Shown one piece after another: positions 27,930 through 37,703 of a stretch of 45,477 nt of DNA. A program made the translations under genes and the position numbers. A model generated the notes under the pieces. It was not told the DNA's origin. It did not search any database and was given only the letters and a program-made list of their open reading frames with translations. Source of the DNA: a bacterium (GTDB lineage: Bacteria > Aerophobota > Aerophobia > Aerophobales > AE-B3A); NCBI GenBank assembly GCA_046760365.1, contig JBHIEA010000001.1:1-45477 (forward strand), read 5' to 3'. Numbering within the stretch: position 1 is the stretch's first letter; each line of letters opens with the position of its first letter.

Positions 27930-29386
27930 GAGAGCCTCTAATATTTGAGAAAACTAGGCCAGAAAGAAGCGGATGTTTGCTTCCTGAGTGTGACGTCGAG
28001 AAGGAGGATCTGGAAAAGCTGGTCCCTAAAAAATATCTCCGCCAAGGTAGTTTAGGCTTGCCCCAGGTAAGTGAGCCCGATTTGGTGCGTCATTTCGTGC
28101 GGCTCTCTCAGCAAAATGTGGGGGTAGATACCAATTTTTATCCCCTGGGGTCCTGCACTATGAAGTACAATCCTAAGGTAAACGAGGATATGGCCCAGCT
28201 ACCGGGCTTTACCAGAGTCCACCCCTATCAGCCTGAGGCTGGGGTACAGGGAATCCTGCAGCTACTTTATGAAATGGAAAAGCTTCTATGTGAGATATCC
28301 GGGATGGATAGGGTGTCACTACAGCCAGCCGCTGGAGCTCATGGGGAGCTTACTAGTTTAATGATGATAAAGGCTTACTATGAGGATAAAAAAGAAAAAA
28401 GAGATATCGTCCTTATACCCGACTCTGCTCACGGGACCAATCCTGCTAGTTCTCGCGTCTGTGGATTTCGAACGGTAGAGGTAAAATCGAATAAAGAGGG
28501 AGGAATAGATTTACCTGACCTAAAGGGGAAGACGAGCAGAAAAGTAGCTGCTTTAATGGTTACTATTCCCAACACCCTGGGTCTATTTGAGAGAAATATC
28601 CTCAAGGCTGCCCAAATTGTCCATGATAGGGGTGGCTTTCTTTACCTAGACGGAGCCAATCTCAATGCCCTCTTAGGAATAGTTAAACCGTCTGAAATGG
28701 GAATAGATATAATGCACTTTAATCTCCACAAGACTTTTTCCACCCCTCATGGAGGAGGAGGCCCCGGTTCGGGACCGGTGGGTGCAAAAGGAAAGCTCAC
28801 CCACTATTTACCGACTCCTATAGTAGAAAAAGATACTCAAGGCTATTATCTTGAATATGCTAGACCCAAATCTGTAGGAAGGGTTCGATCTTTTTATGGG
28901 AATATCGAGGTCATCATAAAAGCATACTGTTATCTTAGATCTTTGGGGAAAGAAGGATTAAAGAAGATAAGCCATAATGCCGTCTTGAATGCCAATTACC
29001 TCATGAAACGACTAAAAAAGTTCTTCTATCTTCCTTATGATGGGCCCTGTATGCATGAGTTTGTCCTCTCGGCAGAAGACGGAAAGTTGAACGGTGTAAA
29101 AGCCTTGGACATTGCTAAACGCCTTTTGGACTTCGGCTTTCATCCTCCTACCATATATTTTCCCTTAATAGTGAAAGAGGCTTTGATGATTGAGCCTACC
29201 GAGACCGAGTCCAAGGAAACCCTGGATGAGTTTGTATCTTGTATGATTCAAATTAGACGCGAGATGGAAGAGGATCCCTCTTTGATTAAGCAGGCTCCTC
29301 ATAACTTGTCCATTGGGCGGCTGGATGAGGTAAAGGCAGCTAAAGAGCTGAAGTTAAGATGGAAACAAAAAGAGAGTGGCGATTGA
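27926..29386 (+). CDS. gcvPB: glycine dehydrogenase (decarboxylating) subunit 2
   Basis: 486 aa with the PLP-lysine region HFNLHKTFSTPHGGGGPG. The ATGA overlap with gcvPA indicates translational coupling. Confidence 0.92.
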   Translation: MREPLIFEKTRPERSGCLLPECDVEKEDLEKLVPKKYLRQGSLGLPQVSEPDLVRHFVRLSQQNVGVDTNFYPLGSCTMKYNPKVNEDMAQLPGFTRVHPYQPEAGVQGILQLLYEMEKLLCEISGMDRVSLQPAAGAHGELTSLMMIKAYYEDKKEKRDIVLIPDSAHGTNPASSRVCGFRTVEVKSNKEGGIDLPDLKGKTSRKVAALMVTIPNTLGLFERNILKAAQIVHDRGGFLYLDGANLNALLGIVKPSEMGIDIMHFNLHKTFSTPHGGGGPGSGPVGAKGKLTHYLPTPIVEKDTQGYYLEYARPKSVGRVRSFYGNIEVIIKAYCYLRSLGKEGLKKISHNAVLNANYLMKRLKKFFYLPYDGPCMHEFVLSAEDGKLNGVKALDIAKRLLDFGFHPPTIYFPLIVKEALMIEPTETESKETLDEFVSCMIQIRREMEEDPSLIKQAPHNLSIGRLDEVKAAKELKLRWKQKESGD

Positions 29387-30090
29387 TTGATTCTGGTTAT
29401 CGAGATGCTTATACCAATATGGCTATAGACGAGGCCGTATTCCTCATGAGAGAGAAACTGGGCCTTCCTTCTACCCTTCGATTCTATGGCTGGAAACCAG
29501 CGGCTATCTCTATCGGTTACTTTCAGAGAATAGAAGATCCTTCCTTAAAAGAATATAAGAGACAAAGACTAACCATTGTCAGGCGCTTCACCGGAGGAGG
29601 CGCGATATTGCATAGAGGTGAGATCACCTATTCTTTAGCTTGCTCTGCCCATGAATTTGCTGCCTTTAGAGAGATTATAAAAACACAAAAGCTCGTTCAT
29701 GAGGCTATAATCCTCGGTCTACAAAATCTGGGGATGAAGGCCGAGTTAAAAAGAAAGAAGATTAAAAGACCCAATCCCTATTTTTGTTTTGTCTATCCCT
29801 CAAAATACGATGTGGTTGAAGCCGGAAGAAAGATTGTGGGAAGCGCCCAAAGGAGAAAAAATAGAGCCTTTTTTCAACACGGATCGATTTTAATAGACAA
29901 TAAGATTACCCCTAAAGGTATCAAAGAGAAAAAAGATAGGGAGAAAATTATAGACAGCCTCATCTGGGGATTTGAGAAAAAACTTGGGATAAGACTATTG
30001 CCTGGCCAGTTAACCAAAGAAGAGGTGAAACTATCCCATAAATTAAAGAAGGCTAGATACAGCACCCGAAGTTGGAATTATCGAAGATAG
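29359..30090 (+). CDS. lipoate-protein ligase / octanoyltransferase family protein (catalytic domain only)
   Basis: 243 aa with RRFTGGGAILH and the KIVGSAQRR lysine motif of the LplA/LipM/LipB fold. It overlaps the gcvPB 3' end by 28 nt. Confidence 0.8.
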   Translation: METKREWRLIDSGYRDAYTNMAIDEAVFLMREKLGLPSTLRFYGWKPAAISIGYFQRIEDPSLKEYKRQRLTIVRRFTGGGAILHRGEITYSLACSAHEFAAFREIIKTQKLVHEAIILGLQNLGMKAELKRKKIKRPNPYFCFVYPSKYDVVEAGRKIVGSAQRRKNRAFFQHGSILIDNKITPKGIKEKKDREKIIDSLIWGFEKKLGIRLLPGQLTKEEVKLSHKLKKARYSTRSWNYRR

Positions 30091-30155
30091 ACACGATTTT
30101 CTTCATTTAGACTCATGTTTTTGACTTTTTTAAACGGCTAAAATTTCGGCGAGGG

Positions 30156-30361
30156 ATGAAATTTGCCGAAACAGTAGAAAAATTAGAAACAAGGCTGCCC
30201 AAAATTGCCCGCGATATTACCGATAATAAAGCAGACCAAGATGATTTATTGCAGGAAGGGTGGCTTTATTTATAGAAGAGAGACAAAAACTCGAGAATAA
30301 ATCGACATCTTATGTTTTGAGGGGCTGTTATTTTCGATTCATTGATTATCATAGCAGCTAA
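30156..30361 (+). pseudogene. sigma-70-family factor remnant (region 2 only, in-frame stop plus frameshift)
   Basis: The first frame reads MKFAETVEKLETRLPKIARDITDNKADQDDLLQEGWLYL then stops at 30273. The next frame continues IEERQKLENKSTSYVLRGCYFRFIDYHSS and stops at 30361. The DLLQEG...STSY...IDY pattern resembles sigma-70 regions 2.1-2.3. No region 4 follows. Confidence 0.4.
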
Positions 30362-30766
30362 CAGATTAAATTCGGCCGTTTGACAAAGGAAGAATCTTCC
30401 AATAAGATGATGTTCAAGACCCGCTTTATTAGCGGGAAACGGACGTAGAGCTTATCCCGGGTTTTCAGATATCTTGAATGGCGGAAAGGGGGTTTTATTA
30501 ATGAGCTTGAAAATTTATGGTTTGCCGACAGGCTCTACATACGCTCCGCTTGCTAGCACCATCCTTAATGGGGGATTTTCCCCGACATTGGACAGGCGAG
30601 ACTTAATTCCTCGGGGTTATGACGAGTCAACGAAGTTTTCTGATGGCTCAATAGGTCCAGGAGTTGAATCCTGCCTTTATTGAAGGAAGCCGATATCGTC
30701 GTTCCGGGGCACGACTGGGAGTTTTTTGAAAGATTCCCCGGTGGAAAAATAGGCTAGGAGGCGTAG

Positions 30767-32812
30767 ATGTACAGGTTGAGCACAGACGTGGGGGGAACTT
30801 TTACCGATGGGGTCCTGCTCGATGAGAGTAATGGAATGATCAAGATAAGCAAGGTCTCTTCCACCCCTAAGAATCCTGCCCTTGGCACTATTGAATGCAT
30901 GGAGAGATTCGAGATTCCTCTGGGCGAAGTTTCTTTCTTGGTTCATGGAACTACTGTGGTGATCAATGCCTTGCTTGAGGGTAAGGGTGCAAAGACAGGC
31001 TTGATCACTACAAAGGGGTTCAGGGATGTGCTGGAAATTGGTCGAAGCAACCGGACCCAGATGTACAACGCCCTTTATAAGAAGCCCACCCCCCTTGTCC
31101 CAAGATACCTCAGACTCGAGATCAAAGAAAGGATGGGAGGGAACGGGGAGGCGTTGGCTCCTCTGGCCATCGATGATCTTGCCAAGATCATCGAGCATTT
31201 GCGCAAGGAAAACGTCCAATCAATAGCAGTCTGTCTCGTCAACGCCTATGCCAATCCCAAACATGAGCGGGAGATAGGCGGGCTGTTGGACAAGCAGTAT
31301 CCTGAGGCAACCGTATCCCTCTCACACAATATTACCAGACGGTACTACGAATATGAACGGACTAGCACCACTGTCCAGAATGCGTATGTGATGCCAGTAG
31401 TGCGAACGTACCTGGGAAGCCTGGAAGAGGAGCTTGCAAAACGCCGCTTTCAAAGCATCTTGCAAATCATGCAGTCCAATGGGGGTATCATGACGTCCGC
31501 CGTTGCCAGGGACATGCCTATCTCAATGGTCGAATCAGGCCCCGTGGCTGGCGCGATCGGAGGAGCCCAGCTGGCCAGCATGATCGGATATAGCAACGTT
31601 ATCACCTACGACATGGGAGGTACCACCGCTAAGACCTCCATTATCAGGGAAGGATTGCCGGAGACCACAGATCAATATCTGGTCGAGGAGCGTCCCATCC
31701 TGCTCCCTGTAGTTGATATGCGCGAGATTGGGGCTGGTGGGGGGAGTATCGCCTGGATTGATGAGGCGGGAGCCCTACATGTGGGGCCACGAAGTGCTGG
31801 AGCTGAGCCAGGTCCAGCATGCTATATCCAAGGTGGCACAGAACCTACAGTGACGGATGCGGATCTACAGTTGGGTATCTTGGACCCAGACTATTTCCTG
31901 GGGGGTGAGAAGCATATCTCGCCCGAGCTTAGCCATAAAGCCATAGAAAAGGTCGCTCGTTATTTTGACATCAGCGTTGATGAGGCAGCATTGGGCATCG
32001 TCAAGATTGTCAACAACAACATGTCGGGGTTATTGCAGTCCGTGACGGTTAAACGCGGGTATGATCCGAGAGAATTTGCCATGGTCGCATTTGGCGGGGC
32101 AGGACCCACTCATGCTGCCGCCATCGCCAGGGAGCTGAATATCCCAACAGTTATTGTTCCACCGTCTCCTGGAGTATTCTCTGCCTGGGGGATGTTGATG
32201 GCAGACCTGAGGCATGACTTTAGCCAGACTTACATCACTTCCGTCGATCAGGCCGATATGGAATCAATAAATGGTATATTCAGAGAGTTGGAAGTGCGGG
32301 TAAAGGATCTCTTCGAGCGTGAGAATATCTCCGATGAGAAGATAGTAGTGAGCCACGAAATGGACCTCAGGTATTATGGGCAGGAGCACACATTGAGTGT
32401 TCCGGCTCCTTCTAAACCTACCGATGCTGATAAGGCCATACTAGAGGACAGGTTTGATAACCTTCATCTTAAGGTGTACGGCCATAACGCTCCCCAGGAG
32501 CCTAAGGAGGTTGTCTCGCTCAAGGTCACAGGTATTGGTAAGGTAAGAAAACCCGTTTTGCAGAGTATTGAGTGCGGAAGTGAGACGCCTGCGTCAGAGT
32601 CCAGGGTGGGAGTAAGAAAAGTCTACCTGGGAGGCAGCAGGCATCAGGAATTCAGCATCTATCAGCGCAATAAACTTCGGGCAGGAAACATCATACCAGG
32701 CCCGGCCATTATTGAAGAGCCAACTTCGACTACTGTGGTCGAAAAGGGCCAGATTTGCTCGGTAGACCAATATGGCAGTCTCATCATTGCTCTGAATGAG
32801 GAGGGAGAATGA
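30767..32812 (+). CDS. hyuA: hydantoinase/oxoprolinase family protein, A subunit
   Basis: 681 aa with the N-terminus RLSTDVGGTFTD typical of HyuA/OplA ATP-dependent lactam hydrolases. Confidence 0.9.
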   Translation: MYRLSTDVGGTFTDGVLLDESNGMIKISKVSSTPKNPALGTIECMERFEIPLGEVSFLVHGTTVVINALLEGKGAKTGLITTKGFRDVLEIGRSNRTQMYNALYKKPTPLVPRYLRLEIKERMGGNGEALAPLAIDDLAKIIEHLRKENVQSIAVCLVNAYANPKHEREIGGLLDKQYPEATVSLSHNITRRYYEYERTSTTVQNAYVMPVVRTYLGSLEEELAKRRFQSILQIMQSNGGIMTSAVARDMPISMVESGPVAGAIGGAQLASMIGYSNVITYDMGGTTAKTSIIREGLPETTDQYLVEERPILLPVVDMREIGAGGGSIAWIDEAGALHVGPRSAGAEPGPACYIQGGTEPTVTDADLQLGILDPDYFLGGEKHISPELSHKAIEKVARYFDISVDEAALGIVKIVNNNMSGLLQSVTVKRGYDPREFAMVAFGGAGPTHAAAIARELNIPTVIVPPSPGVFSAWGMLMADLRHDFSQTYITSVDQADMESINGIFRELEVRVKDLFERENISDEKIVVSHEMDLRYYGQEHTLSVPAPSKPTDADKAILEDRFDNLHLKVYGHNAPQEPKEVVSLKVTGIGKVRKPVLQSIECGSETPASESRVGVRKVYLGGSRHQEFSIYQRNKLRAGNIIPGPAIIEEPTSTTVVEKGQICSVDQYGSLIIALNEEGE

Positions 32813-34563
32813 AGATAGATCCCATAACTCTAGAGGTTATCCGCAATCGGCTGATCGCGGCGAGCCGTGATATCAGGAGGACTGTAGAAAGGGCAGCCTA
32901 TAGCCCCGTGCTCTATGAGGTGGTTGACTTTAGCTGCGGGATCCTGGACAGTGAGGCGAACCTCGTGGCCGAGACTCCAGGACTACCTATATTTCTTGCA
33001 AATTTGGACTATGCTGTTGAGTCGACGTACAATACACTCGGACGCGATAACTTGAAATCCGGGGACGTCATCCTATGCAACGATCCTTACAACGGAGGGG
33101 GAACACACTGCCCTGATCTGGTTGTTTTATGTCCGACTTTCTATAGGGGCGGGATCCGTGGGTGGGCAGCCTTCCGCGGCCACACCGTCGATATGGGAGG
33201 AATTTACCCAGGAGGATGGTATAGCAACACCACCGAGGTATTCCAGGAAGGATTTCGCCTGCCTCCGGTCAAGATCATGGTGGAAGGTGAGCCAAATGAA
33301 GACGTATTCCGGTTAATCAGGGCCAATGGTCGCGTACCCGATGCTGTGTTAGGTGACATTCGCGCTATGATCGCCGCCACACGAACCGGGAGCAAACGCT
33401 TCTCTGAGATCATCGACGACTATGGCCTTGACGTGACGCTGGGGGCCCTTCAAGAGATTCTGGATCAAGGAGAAAGAATGGCCCGGGCGGCCATCCGCCG
33501 CATTCCCAATGGAACTTATGCTGCAGAGGCCTTTCTCGACGGTGATGGTAACGACGATGCGCCGCTGGACGAAAAGCTGCGGCTGAAAGTCACTATAACC
33601 GTAGAAAATGAGGAAATGACCATCGACTTTACCGGAACCGATCGTCAATGCCGCGGCCCCATGAATGTCCCGGAGCCATCAACTATATCTTCCGCCCGGT
33701 ACGGATTCAAGATTGTGACCACCCCCGATCTACCCAGCAATAAGGGTTTTTTCCGCCCGTTGAAGGTTATCATCCCGGACGGGAGTCTCCTGAAGGCCGA
33801 GTTCCCGGCTGCATGTGCGATGTGGCCGGCACCCACCACTACGATTCCGGATTTGATTCTGAAGGCGCTGTCCCCAGCGATGCCGGATCGAGTGAGGGCG
33901 GGTCACTTCGGCGATTCCATGGCGAATTTCATCTATGGGACAGATCCAAGGACGGGCAAGTACTATGTCTGTGCGGAGGGAGATGCCGGCGGATACGGAG
34001 GAAAGCCCGATGATGATGGAGAGCCAGCCCTCTTCTCAATGGACTTGGGGGACACCTACAACGTGCCGTCCGAAGTCGAGGAGGTGAGATTCCCCTGGCG
34101 CGTGGAACGATTCGAGCTTCGTCAGGACTCTGGGGGGGCTGGAAAGTTTCGCGGTGGTCTAGGAGTCCGTCGAGATTACCGAATTATTGGTCATAAGGCG
34201 GGACTCACAGTGACGACGGACCGGGTTAAATATACGCCGCCATGGGGTCTCTTTGGTGGAAAAGCAGGCAAACCAAGCATTACAGTTGTGTATCGAAACG
34301 ACGGTAGCGAAGAGCGCTGGCGGAAGATCTCCAACCTGCCCCTCGCGCCAAATGACGTGGTGAGCTTTCAGACCGGTGGGGGAGGAGGCTATGGCTCACC
34401 CCTCGAGAGAGACCCGGAGAAAGTTCTCCTTGATGTGATAAATGGATACGTATCCTTGCAGAAGGCCAAGGAGGAATATGGAGTCGTAATTGACGAGGAT
34501 AAAATGAAAATAGACGTTAAAGCTACCAGACAATTGCGAGATAATATGAAGAAAGCAGGCTGA
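32809..34563 (+). CDS. hyuB: hydantoinase/oxoprolinase family protein, B subunit
   Basis: 584 aa with the N-terminus DPITLEVIRNRLIAASRDI typical of HyuB. It has a 4-nt overlap with hyuA. Confidence 0.9.
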   Translation: MKIDPITLEVIRNRLIAASRDIRRTVERAAYSPVLYEVVDFSCGILDSEANLVAETPGLPIFLANLDYAVESTYNTLGRDNLKSGDVILCNDPYNGGGTHCPDLVVLCPTFYRGGIRGWAAFRGHTVDMGGIYPGGWYSNTTEVFQEGFRLPPVKIMVEGEPNEDVFRLIRANGRVPDAVLGDIRAMIAATRTGSKRFSEIIDDYGLDVTLGALQEILDQGERMARAAIRRIPNGTYAAEAFLDGDGNDDAPLDEKLRLKVTITVENEEMTIDFTGTDRQCRGPMNVPEPSTISSARYGFKIVTTPDLPSNKGFFRPLKVIIPDGSLLKAEFPAACAMWPAPTTTIPDLILKALSPAMPDRVRAGHFGDSMANFIYGTDPRTGKYYVCAEGDAGGYGGKPDDDGEPALFSMDLGDTYNVPSEVEEVRFPWRVERFELRQDSGGAGKFRGGLGVRRDYRIIGHKAGLTVTTDRVKYTPPWGLFGGKAGKPSITVVYRNDGSEERWRKISNLPLAPNDVVSFQTGGGGGYGSPLERDPEKVLLDVINGYVSLQKAKEEYGVVIDEDKMKIDVKATRQLRDNMKKAG

Positions 34564-34578
34564 AGGAGGGTGCTTAGC

Positions 34579-35697
34579 TTGCGGAGGAGAAGAGCGCAAG
34601 TCTACCAGGACAGGATCCTAAAGGCTCAAAAGCTAATGGCCAATTTGGATCTTGATTTGATGGTGCTCTTCCCCAGCTCGAACATGCTGTATCTCAGTGG
34701 TTTCTATGATGAGCCTGGCGAGCGCATGCTCCTTCTTCTTGTGCCGCGGGAAGGGAATCCCGTGTTCCTTGCTCCGGAGCTCTATGGGGAGCAAATCAAA
34801 CAAAAATCGCCTTTTCGGGACGTCCGCATCTGGAAGGATTCTCATGATCCAACGGACCTCCTACAGCGAACGGTGGTGGACTTCGGGCCGGCGGATGCCA
34901 GAGTCCTTGTGGATGATGGAATGTGGGCTGTATTTTTTCTCATGCTAAGGGAAGTGTTGCCAAAGGCTAGCTTTTCCTTGGCTTCTTGGATTATGGCCCC
35001 CTTGAGAATGCAGAAAACTTCTCATGAGATTCGTTGCCTGGAAAAAGCCGGCGCCGTGGCCGATGAAGCCTTCGAGGAGGTTATCCGGTCTAGGCTTTGC
35101 GGGATGACCGAGCTCACTCTGGCCACGGCTCTCGAGGAGGCCATGAAGAAAAGGGGAGCAGAGAAGATCGGGTTTGAAACATTGGTAGCCTCAGGCCCCA
35201 ATAGTGCACTCCCTCACCATCGGGCTGGCCAGAGGAGAATCGAGCCGGGGGATGTGATTATCTTGGATTATGGATGCCGAATCGGGGGTTACTGCTCGGA
35301 CATCACACGCACGATCGTCTGCAGGGAAGCCTCGAAGGAAATCCAGGCTATCTACGAGATCGTTGAGAGAGCTCAGGAGAAGGCCGTACGAGCAGTAAAG
35401 GTTGGGGTTAGTGCTGAGGAGGTAGATCGGGCAGCGCGTCAGGAGATAGCTAAGGCCGGCTATGATGAGCGGTTCATCCATCGGACCGGTCACGGTATCG
35501 GTCTTGACGTACATGAGGAACCATACATTACTCAGGGAAATCATCTTGACCTTCAAGAGGGTATGACGTTCTCCGTGGAACCAGGGATCTACCTACCGGG
35601 ACGATTTGGCATCCGCATTGAGGATATTGTGGTGGTGACGCAAACGGGCGTACAACGCATGAATCGTTGCACACATACTTTACAGATCGTCGAGTGA
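34579..35697 (+). CDS. M24-family Xaa-Pro aminopeptidase/dipeptidase (creatinase-like N-terminal domain + pita-bread catalytic domain)
   Basis: Metal-ligand motifs DYGCRIGGYCSDITRT, HRTGHGIGLDVHEEP and FSVEPGIY...IRIED. TTG 34579 is preferred because AAGGAGG lies 9 nt upstream; the ORF track opens at GTG 34570. Confidence 0.88.
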   Translation: MRRRRAQVYQDRILKAQKLMANLDLDLMVLFPSSNMLYLSGFYDEPGERMLLLLVPREGNPVFLAPELYGEQIKQKSPFRDVRIWKDSHDPTDLLQRTVVDFGPADARVLVDDGMWAVFFLMLREVLPKASFSLASWIMAPLRMQKTSHEIRCLEKAGAVADEAFEEVIRSRLCGMTELTLATALEEAMKKRGAEKIGFETLVASGPNSALPHHRAGQRRIEPGDVIILDYGCRIGGYCSDITRTIVCREASKEIQAIYEIVERAQEKAVRAVKVGVSAEEVDRAARQEIAKAGYDERFIHRTGHGIGLDVHEEPYITQGNHLDLQEGMTFSVEPGIYLPGRFGIRIEDIVVVTQTGVQRMNRCTHTLQIVE

Positions 35698-35872
35698 GTG
35701 AAATTAGATCTTGGCAAAGGAAGAATCAAAACTTAGGCTGGAAGGAGGTGAAAAGCAGGTAGGTCTGTAATTCGGACGACGAAAGTTTTCCAAAAAAGGA
35801 AAAGCATTAAGTAGCTGAATCTCTTTTTAGAGAGTAGCAGGGAAAGATGAACCAAGTCTTTAGTAGGAGGCG

Positions 35873-37492
35873 ATGATGGTGAAAAAATGGAGATATTTAA
35901 GTCTGCTTGTGGTGGCGCTGGTCATTGGATTCTTTGGTCTGGCAGGGGCACAAGTCGAGAACGTGGCGGTTATCAACGGTATGCCGGTAATACTCCCCGA
36001 TCCGGGTGTGGCCATGGACTGGTACGATACCCAGGTGGTGTATAACCTCTATAGCCCGCTAATCTACCCGACGCCGGAAGGAAAGCTAAGGCCCCACCTC
36101 GCGCAGAATTGGGAGGCGGTAGATGGTAAACTCGACCATTGGCGCTTTACCCTAAGGCCCGGAGTCAAATTCCACGATGGTAGTGAGCTTACAGCCGAGG
36201 ATGTCGTCTTCTCAATGAACAGGCTTGTGGCTATGGGGAAGGGCTACTCAGGCACGCTGGGAAAGGTAACTGCGACGGCCATTAGCAAGTACGTGTTCGA
36301 TCTTACCTTAGAGAAGCCTAATGCTGTATTTCCAGAGACTCTAACGCTGTTCTGGCCTCTGAATAAGGATCTGGTGCTCGAAAACATACAGCCTGGTGAC
36401 TATGGCGAGTTCGGAGATTATGGACAGGCGTGGCTGAGCGAGCATGATGCAGGATCCGGCCCCTACACGATGGTAAGCCACAGCCCGGGTGAGCGATTGG
36501 AAGCCGTAAGATTTGAAGACTATTTCCTTGGTTGGGAGAATTGGGGACCAGATGAAGTCCCTATAGAGAGACTCATCTTCATCATGGAGTACGAAACTGC
36601 GACATTGATGCTCTTGCTTAAAACTGGTCAACTAGATCTAGAGGCCAATGGCGGTTTTAGCAGAGGAACGTTCAAGGAAATTGTGGACACGGAAGGCATC
36701 CACCTAAACGAGGTTTGGCCTGAAGATTGGACTGTGTGGATGAATACTGCTGTGCCGCCTACCGATGATGTGCATTTCAGAAGAGCCATTCAGTATGCTT
36801 ACGATTACGAAGGCATACAAGCGGAGTACGCGCCCTTTGGTGCCCGAGAAGCCGGAGTCATCGCGTCAGCGCTACCTGGATACATACCGATTCCTCCACA
36901 GCCACGGCGGCAAGACCTGAAGAAGGCAAGGGAAGAGCTGGCACTGTCAAAGTATGACCCTAAAGAGGTGACGGTTCTCTACCACTATTGTGCGGGCCTT
37001 GAGGCCGAAGAGGAAATCGGCCTACAATTGCAGGCAGATTTGGCTAAGTTAGGAATAAAGCTCGAGATAGCTGGCCCTCCGTGGCCCCAGTACTCGGCAG
37101 AGTGTGCAGCCCCGGATACAACTCCAAATCTCACAATCTTCCTGTTCCCTATTGTTTATCCATCACCAGATTCCTTCATGCGCTATATGTACCATCCTGA
37201 TAATGTTGGAGGGATTTACGCGGCTCACTGGTACGCAGATGAAGAGATTGGCGAGCTCATTGATCAGTCACGGCGAACTTTGGATTTTGAGGCAAGACTT
37301 GACATATACAGGCTACTCCAAGAAAAGATAGCGTCTCACGCTCTCGCATTTTACCCATATGAAATTCCTATGCTGTTCACCAGCCAAGATTATCTCATCG
37401 GCCCCAAAGAGAAGTTTCCCATTGTAGGTCCTACGGCCAATATGCACAACTGGCGGATCAATCTGACAATGAAAGAGAAACTGCGTGGTTAG
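35873..37492 (+). CDS. peptide/nickel-type ABC transporter substrate-binding protein (SBP family 5)
   Basis: 539 aa with a signal-like N-terminus and family-5 hallmarks (LRPGVKFHDGSELTAEDVVFS). It is followed by DppBCDF-like genes. Confidence 0.88.
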   Translation: MMVKKWRYLSLLVVALVIGFFGLAGAQVENVAVINGMPVILPDPGVAMDWYDTQVVYNLYSPLIYPTPEGKLRPHLAQNWEAVDGKLDHWRFTLRPGVKFHDGSELTAEDVVFSMNRLVAMGKGYSGTLGKVTATAISKYVFDLTLEKPNAVFPETLTLFWPLNKDLVLENIQPGDYGEFGDYGQAWLSEHDAGSGPYTMVSHSPGERLEAVRFEDYFLGWENWGPDEVPIERLIFIMEYETATLMLLLKTGQLDLEANGGFSRGTFKEIVDTEGIHLNEVWPEDWTVWMNTAVPPTDDVHFRRAIQYAYDYEGIQAEYAPFGAREAGVIASALPGYIPIPPQPRRQDLKKAREELALSKYDPKEVTVLYHYCAGLEAEEEIGLQLQADLAKLGIKLEIAGPPWPQYSAECAAPDTTPNLTIFLFPIVYPSPDSFMRYMYHPDNVGGIYAAHWYADEEIGELIDQSRRTLDFEARLDIYRLLQEKIASHALAFYPYEIPMLFTSQDYLIGPKEKFPIVGPTANMHNWRINLTMKEKLRG

Positions 37493-37510
37493 TGGAGGTA
37501 GGGACTGGGG

Positions 37511-37543
37511 AGGGCGAGAGCAAGATGGTAGGCTTCTCGCCTT
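37511..37543 (+). other. intercistronic stem-loop after the family-5 binding-protein gene
   Basis: GGCGAGA (37513-37519) pairs with TCTCGCC (37535-37541), with flanking wobble pairs. There is no strong U-tract. Confidence 0.35.
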
Positions 37544-37703
37544 CCTGTGTTTATATGAGGATGATGTTCGAACGGTATGTGTTAAAAAGGCCGAGGTCGT
37601 GCAAACACAAGATGACCTGGGGTAGTCACTAACGGGAACGGCGGCAAGGAAGCTACCGCGGAGGATTTTGAGGAGGCTGTAAGGACATTGTCTGGAGGGC
37701 AGG

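Noticed and set aside
30474-30683. 69-aa + strand ORF (or 60 aa from ATG 30501 with a GGGGG SD) as a genuine small protein upstream of hyuA.
   Set aside because: It has only a faint N-terminal resemblance to thioredoxin-fold proteins, and the would-be cysteines are absent. It sits in a zone of obvious gene decay. I treat it as a possible remnant rather than a gene.
30630-30690. tRNA-like 3' fragment (AGGTCCAGGAGTTGAATCCTGCC) that could mark an integration att site at the left edge of the GC-rich block.
   Set aside because: The T-stem pairs only 4 bp, the loop is the wrong length, and there is no acceptor strand or CCA. No matching repeat occurs at the right edge and no integrase is present.
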